Shown one piece after another: positions 37,812 to 46,029 of a DNA stretch of 52,628 nt. The notes under the pieces were generated by a model. It did no database searches, was not told the DNA's origin, and worked only from the letters and a program-made list of their open reading frames with translations. Within the stretch, counting starts at the first letter, position 1. Each line of letters starts with the position of its first letter. The translations under genes and the position numbers were made by a program. The DNA is taken from the IMG/VR virus record IMGVR_UViG_3300028388_005745, positions 1 through 52,628 of that record. One strand, written 5' to 3'. The stretch comes from a virus. Its lineage: Duplodnaviria; Caudoviricetes.

Positions 37812-40544
37812 ATGGAAGAATTTCAAAATAATGCTGATTTTGACGATCAGGAAACACGCGCCCTTCTTGATGAAGCAAGCAACGAGGCACAAATGGAAGC
37901 GGCCAGCAGCGGGATACCTGACATAAACCCCCATGAGCTAGAAGAGGACGAACATAAGAAGTTACGCGAAGACTTTAACGCGAACCTAGTTTATTTAATG
38001 CTTGATGAATTAGGTGAAGGTGAAGTAAAACGCTTTGGCTCTGAAATCCTTGAAGCGGTGGAAAAGGATGAAGAACACCGCAGTCAATGGGAAGAGACCT
38101 TAAAGTCAGGTCTAGAGTTATGTAATCTGTCCGAAGAACGGGTGTCGACTCATTCTATTGAAGAGTTAAGTTCAAGCCCTTTTGAAGGTGCATCCAAAGC
38201 CTATTCTTCTAAATTCCTATTAGCCGCATTAAACTTCGTAGCCTTAGCGCGTACGATTCTTCTGCCCACCGATAAGATGTGTAAGATAAAATCCTTTGGT
38301 AATGAAACCGAAGAAGAAAAAGATATATCTGAGCGCATGGAACTCTACTACGATTATTATATCTATCGCGAGTGTAAAGAGTTTAAAGCTGAGTTAGAAA
38401 AAGCCATGTTATGGGCGGCACTTGCGGGAAATGGATATATTAAAGTTATTCCAGATGCGCGAACGAACCTACCAAGTATAGAGATGATCTCGCCTTTTAA
38501 TATTGTCGTGCCTGAGACCGCCAAGACGTTAGAGACCTCACCGCGTGTAACGCACATTATGTATTTATCGCAAAAAGACCTGTCAATCCGCATGAATCAA
38601 GGGATTTATCGCAAGGTTGATCTCAACACCCCTGATGATTTAGAGGATGGTCCTGGTAATGATCTTACCCAAAGTCACGAAAATGACGAGCTGTCCCCAA
38701 GTTATAAAGTAATAGAAATTCATATAGATATAAGTCTTCCATCTAATCGTGATGAACGCCGTAATAATTCTAAAGAAGTGTGGAAGGATACACCTCGCCC
38801 CTATATTATTACGATCGAAGCAAGTTCTGGTGAGGTGTTAGCGGTGCGTCGTAACTGGGAACAGGACGACGAATTAATGAAGAAGAAAGAGTACTTCGCG
38901 CGCTTTCCCTTCTTGCCTGGGGTGAGTTTCCATAATCTCGGATTAGCTCATGTGGCAGCAGGTCCTACCATTGGCGCTACTAAACTTCAACGTCAATTAA
39001 TTGACTTATCGACATTACAGAATAATCCTGGAGGATTCCGGACCAAAGGGACAATTCGCGGGGGTCATAATGATTTTGACATTGATCCATTAAAATTTAA
39101 TTCCATTGATACCTCACAGCATAATAGTGTCAGGGATGCGTTCCAACGATTCGAGTATCCTTCACCTTCACCCGTTACGTATCAAATGAAGCAGGACTTA
39201 GAAGAAACGGTTATGGAACTCGGTACACTAGTTTCCTTTACCCCTGAGAACCTGCCTGCGAACATGCCTGCCACGAGTATGCTTGCGGCTATTGAGAATG
39301 CCACACAGCCGCAAAATGCGGTGATTCAAAGATTCTACAAAGGAATGAGTGAGATCTTTGAAATTATGTTCCGCATCTTCAGGAATAGCTTACCTGATGA
39401 ACCGTTCTATTTTATGAGGAATGAGAAAGCTTATATCTCAAGGAATGACTTCGCGATTGATATGAATGTGATTCCCACCGCCGATCCGAATGCGAGTTCA
39501 AAACTTCAAAGATTATTAAGATGGCAAGCGGTGTTTGATCTCGCGTCTCAAAACCCGGATTTACATAATTGGAAAGTCATATATGAAAATATGTATAAGG
39601 ATATGGGAATCCAGAACGTTGATCAAATTCTGGTTCAAGAACCTGAGGTTGTGCCGTTAGATCCGGTAACCGAGAATTATAATATGATGCTGGGTCAACC
39701 CGCGAAGGTGGGAGAGGCCCAAGATGATGACGCACATATGGCGGTGCATCAATTAATTCTTATGGACCCAAATGTAGCCGAAGACAAAAAAGCAATTGCG
39801 ATGGCTCATGTTGGAGAACATCAAGCCAGTAAGATGAGGAAACAAATTCTGATGACAGCAGGGATACAACTACCACCGCAAGAGGGAGATCAGCCTCAAC
39901 AATTAGATCCAGAGATGGAGAATCAGATAGCCATGGCTGCCGCACAGGCTTCACAGCAGCTACAAGAGCAACTTCAGCAGCAAATGGCCCAAGCCCAAGG
40001 TCAGAACCCTGAAGATCCCAATGGCGCAATGGCACAAGCACTTATGCAGAAGAATGAGCTTGATGCTCAACATCAACAACAGAAATTGATATTTGATACC
40101 GAAAAACTCCGTGTTGAAACGGAGAAGCTTCGTCGTGCTGATATTAAAGATCAAAGAGAATTTGAAATTAAGATGAAAGAATTTGAATTAGATAAAATTG
40201 ATCTTCTCAAGAGAGAGACGCAAGACGATGAATCTAAAGACTTAGATCTTTATAAGATTGTTCTTGATTATCAATCGAAGATGGGAACCTATCCGCCGTC
40301 GCTAGCTGAGGTTATGAGTAATATTGATCCTGAGGATTACAAGAGGAAAATCGATGAAGGTGAGATCCTTGAAGCCGTACAGAATCAAGAATTTCCCGAA
40401 GAAGAGCAATCAGAATTATCGGAGGAATATCAAGATTTGCCGCCGATTGAAGAAGGTCAAGCGGAAATCCCTTCATCAAATTTAGAAGAAGTTGACAACG
40501 AAGAATTACCTGTTAATTATGAACAAGGTCAAATAGAAAATTAA
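37812..40544 (+). CDS. Portal protein with long Q-rich/acidic C-terminal extension
   Basis: FNANL; PFEGAS; PRVTH; PYI.TI...VLAVRRNW; F.PG..F..LG.H; RQLID...N.PGG; DPVTEN; QDDDAH..VH. Confidence 0.85.
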   Translation: MEEFQNNADFDDQETRALLDEASNEAQMEAASSGIPDINPHELEEDEHKKLREDFNANLVYLMLDELGEGEVKRFGSEILEAVEKDEEHRSQWEETLKSGLELCNLSEERVSTHSIEELSSSPFEGASKAYSSKFLLAALNFVALARTILLPTDKMCKIKSFGNETEEEKDISERMELYYDYYIYRECKEFKAELEKAMLWAALAGNGYIKVIPDARTNLPSIEMISPFNIVVPETAKTLETSPRVTHIMYLSQKDLSIRMNQGIYRKVDLNTPDDLEDGPGNDLTQSHENDELSPSYKVIEIHIDISLPSNRDERRNNSKEVWKDTPRPYIITIEASSGEVLAVRRNWEQDDELMKKKEYFARFPFLPGVSFHNLGLAHVAAGPTIGATKLQRQLIDLSTLQNNPGGFRTKGTIRGGHNDFDIDPLKFNSIDTSQHNSVRDAFQRFEYPSPSPVTYQMKQDLEETVMELGTLVSFTPENLPANMPATSMLAAIENATQPQNAVIQRFYKGMSEIFEIMFRIFRNSLPDEPFYFMRNEKAYISRNDFAIDMNVIPTADPNASSKLQRLLRWQAVFDLASQNPDLHNWKVIYENMYKDMGIQNVDQILVQEPEVVPLDPVTENYNMMLGQPAKVGEAQDDDAHMAVHQLILMDPNVAEDKKAIAMAHVGEHQASKMRKQILMTAGIQLPPQEGDQPQQLDPEMENQIAMAAAQASQQLQEQLQQQMAQAQGQNPEDPNGAMAQALMQKNELDAQHQQQKLIFDTEKLRVETEKLRRADIKDQREFEIKMKEFELDKIDLLKRETQDDESKDLDLYKIVLDYQSKMGTYPPSLAEVMSNIDPEDYKRKIDEGEILEAVQNQEFPEEEQSELSEEYQDLPPIEEGQAEIPSSNLEEVDNEELPVNYEQGQIEN

Positions 40545-40546
40545 AT

Positions 40547-41305
40547 ATGATAAAAGAAAAAGCGCATAAAGATCCTGAATTTTCCAGTGAGATGAAGTGT
40601 TCAATCGAAAATGAAATCATTGCAAATGATATTAAATATTCAATAGAAATTAATATAAATAAGGATTTCAGGCGCATTGTTATCAAAGAATTTAGATTCG
40701 ATCCCATCGATAACGCGTATGGGCCGAATGGAATGATAGAAAAAAAGTTAAATACTGATACTGAAGACATTTCCCTCATTATTGATGATATTACATCTAT
40801 TGTTCAAGCATTCACCGCTGGAACGGGAATAGCAGCGCACGAAAGAGATTATTTAATTACGGCAATTGCTAATTTTCTTTCTAAAGTAAAGCCATTAATC
40901 AATTATAAGCATATGAAATTTCAAGTTGTTCGGGCTGGATTATTGAAAAGAACTTCAAATGAAGGGATGGTAAGAAGTGAGGACCTACCAGAAGTGGAAT
41001 CCGTTGCGATTTCAGAAGAAAATTTAGAACATATATTCAATATAGGGTGTAAATATTTAATCGGAAGGGATATGGAAAGGGATGAGGCCGAAGCAGTTAA
41101 ATGGTTTCGGTTAGCAGCTGATAACGGACATGCGCAATCTCAAGAGGAGCTTGGAAGGATGTATGAGTTTGGGAGAGGGGTTTCAAAAGATATAGCTGAG
41201 GCAACCAAATGGTATAGTCGAGCTGAAAACCAAGGCCGTGGCGCCGCTAAAGAAAGACTTAACGAACTTCTTTCGTTTTCAAATTTAACGAAGGGAGAGA
41301 AATAG
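40547..41305 (+). CDS. Sel1-repeat protein
   Basis: DEAEAVKWFRLAADNGHAQSQEELGRMYEFGRGVSKDIAEATKWYSRAENQG: two Sel1 repeats. Confidence 0.9.
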   Translation: MIKEKAHKDPEFSSEMKCSIENEIIANDIKYSIEININKDFRRIVIKEFRFDPIDNAYGPNGMIEKKLNTDTEDISLIIDDITSIVQAFTAGTGIAAHERDYLITAIANFLSKVKPLINYKHMKFQVVRAGLLKRTSNEGMVRSEDLPEVESVAISEENLEHIFNIGCKYLIGRDMERDEAEAVKWFRLAADNGHAQSQEELGRMYEFGRGVSKDIAEATKWYSRAENQGRGAAKERLNELLSFSNLTKGEK

Positions 41306-41306
41306 A

Positions 41307-41657
41307 ATGGAAGAAAAAGAATGCGTCAAATTAATTGAAGAGATATCTCAAAAAATTTGGGATTTCCTGAATAAATCCAATTGGACAGTTAATGAATATC
41401 GTAATGCTGCGGCGTCCAAATCTTCAAACGACAAGGATGTTTTGAAGCTTGAATTAAAAGTTGAAAACATCCATTTGCCTTTTAAACTCATATGTATTCT
41501 GGCTAAAGATAAAAGCTTTTCCCACACAGTGGCTGAAACAGATGATTTACCTTCTGATTCCGAGCAATTTTATTATCATAAACAAATAGAAGCAGTTATG
41601 GCCGAAGTCGTGCTTCGACTAATCGAATTAGAGGAAAGAATGAAGGAGAAAAAATGA
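41307..41657 (+). CDS. Hypothetical protein, one copy of a locally triplicated domain
   Basis: DFLNKSNWTVNE...LAKDKS aligns with both halves of 41654. Confidence 0.65.
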   Translation: MEEKECVKLIEEISQKIWDFLNKSNWTVNEYRNAAASKSSNDKDVLKLELKVENIHLPFKLICILAKDKSFSHTVAETDDLPSDSEQFYYHKQIEAVMAEVVLRLIELEERMKEKK

Positions 41658-42427
41658 CAAAAGAACCAGATATGAAAGTATCCCAAGAAATCATAGAAAC
41701 CCTTGATCTGGAAAATATTGGTGCTGCAAAAGCCTTATTAAGTTTTTTGAAGGAAAATAATTGGACGATTGAAGATCTAGTCAACGCACCGCAATTAGAT
41801 CCAGATAAAGAAGATTATAAGGAAATCGCGCTTGGTGTTATTGTTCCCAAGCTAAATCATCATCTTACTATTCTCTATAGAATTGCTACAGATAAAAGCG
41901 CAGCGCAGATAGGTACGGTATATGGCGAAAATGAAACGCTGAGTCGTCAAGAAATTGGAATAATATCCGAATCTATTATACTAACTATTACCCGCCTTGC
42001 GCATTACCTCAATAATAATAATAATAATAATGATGATGATGATATGGATATATGTGAAAGCAAAAATGCTTTTGCAAAGTTTGAAAGTCAGCCTAATCAC
42101 TCCCTGCGAGAAGGTGTGAATCAGCTTAAAGAGTTTTTGGACGAACAAGGAATGTCCGTTGAACAGTTTACGGAATTACCTGATTTTAATAAAATCCCAA
42201 ATACAGATATGGATATAGATATTGTAAAGCTAGAGTGTGAAGCGAGAACTTCAAACTGTGAAAATAGTTATTTTATAACTTTCGCGATGACAAAAGACAA
42301 TAAATACACAGATATCTCTTTACGCTTTTCTGATCCTAAGGATGGAACCCTTTTCAATACAGAAGTCGGATTCTCTATCGCTCATGAAATGATAGAAGGC
42401 GTAAAGAAATATAAGACGCTTCATTAA
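41654..42427 (+). CDS. Hypothetical protein, two tandem domains joined by N7D4
   Basis: SFLKENNWTIED...IATDKS and EFLDEQGMSVEQ...MTKDNK. Confidence 0.65.
   Translation: MTKEPDMKVSQEIIETLDLENIGAAKALLSFLKENNWTIEDLVNAPQLDPDKEDYKEIALGVIVPKLNHHLTILYRIATDKSAAQIGTVYGENETLSRQEIGIISESIILTITRLAHYLNNNNNNNDDDDMDICESKNAFAKFESQPNHSLREGVNQLKEFLDEQGMSVEQFTELPDFNKIPNTDMDIDIVKLECEARTSNCENSYFITFAMTKDNKYTDISLRFSDPKDGTLFNTEVGFSIAHEMIEGVKKYKTLH
42011..42043 (+). repeat. (AAT)7(GAT)4 trinucleotide microsatellite
   Basis: Read directly; encodes NNNNNNNDDDD. Confidence 0.95.
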
Positions 42428-42448
42428 TGTTATCATAGGACAAATATA

Positions 42449-42637
42449 ATGAAAAAACTACTTATATCCACTATATTAGGAAGCACCGTCTTGCTGGCTT
42501 CTTGCAATGATCAAGAGGAGAGAGAGCCAGAGCCCTTAAACCCCAATGATATAATTTTACAACTCCCATCTGAGGATGAAAGTGTATTGCCTGGTACAGA
42601 ACCATCTACCGAAGAAGAAGGGAAAGAGGAGGAATGA
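42449..42637 (+). CDS. Small acidic lipoprotein
   Basis: MKKLLISTILGSTVLLAS-C lipobox, E/P-rich mature part. Confidence 0.8.
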   Translation: MKKLLISTILGSTVLLASCNDQEEREPEPLNPNDIILQLPSEDESVLPGTEPSTEEEGKEEE

Positions 42638-42825
42638 TTTTTAAAATCATTGAAAACCCTAGTGTTTAAAGGGGTTTCCGGTCCTTATAAAGATTGTGCC
42701 ACTTATAAACCAATTATACTTGGCACAATCTTGTGCGTCCCACCCCTCATCTGATCAACATAAAGTTACATAAGCAGTAACCTTATGTATGATTTTATCT
42801 CATTTTTAATCTTATTTATTAATAA

Positions 42826-42854
42826 TTGACAAGACAACAATCTGCCGATATGGT
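42826..42854 (+). promoter_or_regulatory. Sigma70-type promoter
   Basis: TTGACA-N17-TATGGT upstream of 42882. Confidence 0.55.
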
Positions 42855-42881
42855 AAAAACAATTCAACCGAATTATTTTTC

Positions 42882-43136
42882 ATGAACAACGTATTACGAT
42901 TATTAGGGGTCGCGTCATTATGTTTCTCACCGGCCTTATATGGCTCATCACCTCCCAATATGAAAAAAGAAATACCCAAGTTTCAGATGTTGAAACAATG
43001 GATATCAGACCACCACTTGATTGATAACGCAGATATTCCTCATATTACTGAAATCACTGTAAGGCCTGATTCTATCTTTGTAATTATCGAAGATGGAGAA
43101 GAAACAACCATAACTGAAATACAGGATGAAGAATGA
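42882..43136 (+). CDS. Small secreted protein, paralog of 43719
   Basis: Signal-like MNNVLRLLGVASLCFSPALYG; FQ.L......LI....I..ITE......F.I.I.DGEE. Confidence 0.65.
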   Translation: MNNVLRLLGVASLCFSPALYGSSPPNMKKEIPKFQMLKQWISDHHLIDNADIPHITEITVRPDSIFVIIEDGEETTITEIQDEE

Positions 43137-43675
43137 ATAAAACCACAGAAAAAGATATATATAAAATAGAGTATAAAAATAAGGATTCCAGTATTTACTT
43201 TAAATTTGATATAATTTTATCACATGTTGTTATTGATTGTAATATAAAAATAAGTAATGATTATAAGGATGAGTACTATGGAGCTATTTACATAAGTATA
43301 GAGAGAAATGAAGAAAATACGGTCAAAGTTGCACCTTATTTTACGTACGCTTCTTTTTTTATTGAAATGAATTACGATGGTATGGAAGGAGAAGTAAGGG
43401 GAGTTCGAGAATATATTATCAACGAGGTGGAGCGTTTTTATTCCGGTGTGCCAGCTGTAGAGTGTATTAATGCTTATGTTGATAAAATACTCTTTTTGAT
43501 TCGAAGTAAGGTAAGGGAAGCAATTAAATTATATGAGCCGCCTAAGATAAGTAATTTATCTGATGAAAGTTTTGTCATTCTGGATATGCCGTCCAGTGAA
43601 CATATAGATGAAGAGAAAGGGAGAAGTGATCGGGAAAAGGTAAAAAAATTATTCTCTGGAGATTATAAACCATAA
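43133..43675 (+). CDS. Hypothetical protein (AT-rich)
   Basis: 180 aa, ATGA-type coupling. Confidence 0.6.
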   Translation: MNKTTEKDIYKIEYKNKDSSIYFKFDIILSHVVIDCNIKISNDYKDEYYGAIYISIERNEENTVKVAPYFTYASFFIEMNYDGMEGEVRGVREYIINEVERFYSGVPAVECINAYVDKILFLIRSKVREAIKLYEPPKISNLSDESFVILDMPSSEHIDEEKGRSDREKVKKLFSGDYKP

Positions 43676-43718
43676 GTTTATTTAGGGAGGAAAATTAAAC
43701 TTAATTGGAGATGAAAAA

Positions 43719-44048
43719 ATGAAAACTAAGTTACTATTTGCCCTACCCTTAATTACAAACTTACTTGCATCTGATTCTGATTATAAAGAATGTGAAGATT
43801 CGTTATCGTTACCCCCTGTAATTGTCATGAGCTATGATGATAATCCGATATTCCAAAAGCTTCTTCAAGAGTCCGTCAAGTGTCGTTTAATCTTTGCAGA
43901 TGAGATAGCTGCCGTTACGGAATTTGAGATTATTGATGAAGAATTTCGAATCCATATTGATGAAGGTGAAGAGCGAAGCCTTGTTAAGTTTTCTATTAAG
44001 GAAATGTTTGGGGACGATTGGTACCGGAAGCTAGGCATTGTGAAATGA
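43719..44048 (+). CDS. Small secreted protein, paralog of 42882
   Basis: Signal-like MKTKLLFALPLITNLLA-SD; FQKLLQ...RLIFADEIAAVTEF...FRIHIDEGEE. Confidence 0.65.
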   Translation: MKTKLLFALPLITNLLASDSDYKECEDSLSLPPVIVMSYDDNPIFQKLLQESVKCRLIFADEIAAVTEFEIIDEEFRIHIDEGEERSLVKFSIKEMFGDDWYRKLGIVK

Positions 44049-44575
44049 AATACATAACAATGAGAGAATATTACAAAACAAATTCTAAGGCCAAATTTGC
44101 CTATACTCTTGCATTTATCATGTGCTTTTCAGCGCCTTTTGTTGTTATGTTATTACAAGTTTATTTAATTTTTATTTTAGAGTTGTATTTTAATAATTAT
44201 ATATCATTGTTTTTTCAAGTAATAATTGCATTCTGGACCATTAAGAGCATATGGAAGGCTATGAAAATAATTGATTTCTTCACTCAATTTACCGTTACAA
44301 AAAGTTTTTATGGAATCCTCACAAAGGAGAAAGTTAAAACGGTCAAAAAGATAGAAATTCATGAAATGTCTTTGAATGGTATTCTTAAAAAAGCATTCGA
44401 TATATATGGTGTTTTTGTTAACAGAGAAATCATTTGTTGTATTTCAACTGTATTTTTCTATTTAAAGAAGCTTGTTAGATCTGATTTACGTATCGTTACC
44501 TACGAAGTGGATGTCACACTTACAGAGAATAAAGATAAAATATTACTCCCTCTCGAGATAATGGCTAAGGTATAA
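44045..44575 (+). CDS. Membrane protein (2 TM)
   Basis: ATGA-coupled start 44045; two long hydrophobic segments; very AT-rich. Confidence 0.6.
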   Translation: MKYITMREYYKTNSKAKFAYTLAFIMCFSAPFVVMLLQVYLIFILELYFNNYISLFFQVIIAFWTIKSIWKAMKIIDFFTQFTVTKSFYGILTKEKVKTVKKIEIHEMSLNGILKKAFDIYGVFVNREIICCISTVFFYLKKLVRSDLRIVTYEVDVTLTENKDKILLPLEIMAKV

Positions 44576-44586
44576 GGAAAGAATAT

Positions 44587-44994
44587 ATGACAAGGAAGAA
44601 ACTCACCTTAAAAGAACGTCGTTTAAAGTATCTCACGCATTTAGAATCCGAATTGAAGATATTAAGTGAATGGCGCACGCAAATAAAAAGTGAGCTATTA
44701 AGTAAGATTCTTTACGGAGAGCCGCCTTTAATAGAGGATACAGATTCATACACGGACCTGACCGACAAGACATTAGCGGTATATTATAAGAAGCTAGAGG
44801 AAGATGTGGAAAAGTATGTTAATAAACCGCCGCGTAGTTTGCCTGCCACGATTCACCTTGAATGGCAGATAAACCAAAGCTTCGATCAGGTAAACAACTT
44901 ACTTATTGGTATTGAGCATAAAATAGCCGAGTTAACGAAAAAGGTCGAAGAGGCTGAAAAGTCCCTAGAAAATAAGGAGAAGAAAGATGAGTAA
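44587..44994 (+). CDS. Hypothetical coiled-coil protein
   Basis: 135 aa, RBS AAGGA. Confidence 0.6.
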   Translation: MTRKKLTLKERRLKYLTHLESELKILSEWRTQIKSELLSKILYGEPPLIEDTDSYTDLTDKTLAVYYKKLEEDVEKYVNKPPRSLPATIHLEWQINQSFDQVNNLLIGIEHKIAELTKKVEEAEKSLENKEKKDE

Positions 44995-45328
44995 AAAAGA
45001 TACTGCCCTGCGGGAAATTACAGATATTACCCTTCAGCAAATTAATAAAATCAATGAATCATCCACAGATGGACAATTTAAGGCGCCCAAATTTGCTACT
45101 TTATATACAGATGAATTTATTGAGCCACTAAGTTTTCTTGCTGAAGAGGTTAAATATATTCTCGATAAAGCGCCCGCTTTTGCCGATTCACTTTCTGCGG
45201 ATAAAAGAGAAGATTATGCGGCGCTTTTATTTATTATTCAAGAAGCCGCTAAGGATATTGAAAAGATAGAAAAGTGTATCACTCTTAAGGATGTTATTTC
45301 CCCCGCCTCTTATTTGAATAGAAAATAA
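44987..45328 (+). CDS. Hypothetical protein
   Basis: 113 aa, RBS AAGGAG. Confidence 0.6.
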   Translation: MSKKDTALREITDITLQQINKINESSTDGQFKAPKFATLYTDEFIEPLSFLAEEVKYILDKAPAFADSLSADKREDYAALLFIIQEAAKDIEKIEKCITLKDVISPASYLNRK

Positions 45329-45433
45329 GGCCAAAGAAAAGGACAAAGAAGAAGATTCATAAGCAAATAATATCAATAATGATATTATCTACACACAGAA
45401 CCTTTCCTTTAAATAACTTGTGATGTGCGTATA

Positions 45434-45460
45434 ATGTAAGAAAAAAGAATATTCTTACAT
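45434..45460 (+). promoter_or_regulatory. Hairpin sequestering the endolysin start codon
   Basis: ATGTAAGAA (45434-45442) / TTCTTACAT (45452-45460), ATG at 45459; TATAAT at 45430-45435. Confidence 0.65.
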
Positions 45461-45929
45461 GAAAACACCTTATTATGGAAAAAAGAACACCCTTACAACT
45501 TCACCCGATGCTTTAGAGATCATCAAAGAATTCGAGGGGTTTTCTGCAGTCCCTTATACATGTCCCGGTGGAAAAGAAACCATCGGGTATGGACATGTTA
45601 TAAAACCAGATGAAAATCTCGCACCGCTTATCACAGAAGAAATTGCCACAAAACTCTTATGGGGTGATGTGAAGTGGGCAGAACTTGCCGTTAACACCTA
45701 TGTCAAAGTTCCTCTCTCTCAAAATCAATTTGATGCCCTTGTTTCCTTTGTATTCAATGTAGGAAGTGGAAACTTTCGCACCTCAACCCTCTTGAAAAAA
45801 CTCAATGAACTGAATTACATAGACGCTGCTAATGAATTGTTGCGGTGGGTCTTTGCGAATAAAAAGCGCTTAAATGGGTTAGTCAAGCGACGCGAAAGAG
45901 AAAAAAATTTATTCTTGAAAGAAATGTAG
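45459..45929 (+). CDS. Endolysin, GH24 phage lysozyme
   Basis: IKEFEG...YTCPGGKETIGYGH; SQNQFDALVSFVFNVG; GLVKRR..E..LF. Confidence 0.95.
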   Translation: MKTPYYGKKNTLTTSPDALEIIKEFEGFSAVPYTCPGGKETIGYGHVIKPDENLAPLITEEIATKLLWGDVKWAELAVNTYVKVPLSQNQFDALVSFVFNVGSGNFRTSTLLKKLNELNYIDAANELLRWVFANKKRLNGLVKRREREKNLFLKEM

Positions 45930-45978
45930 TTTCAATTTATTGTATAATGTACGAATACAAAAATAAATTATGACTCAT

Positions 45979-45997
45979 TATTTCATTAATTGTTAAT
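45979..45997 (-). promoter_or_regulatory. 19-bp dispersed motif, copy 3 (inverted)
   Basis: TATTTCATTAATTGTTAAT is the reverse complement of copies 1 and 2. Confidence 0.7.
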
Positions 45998-46029
45998 AAC
46001 CGGTTTATTTTATATTAGGGAGAATAGAT

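Noticed and set aside
42449-42637. o-spanin assignment for the lipoprotein
   Set aside because: No adjacent i-spanin with an N-terminal TM, 2.8 kb from the endolysin; left as generic lipoprotein
45528-45590. Inactive lysozyme because of Cys in place of Asp (E-x8-C-x5-T)
   Set aside because: Cys at this position is a known variant in active GH24 endolysins
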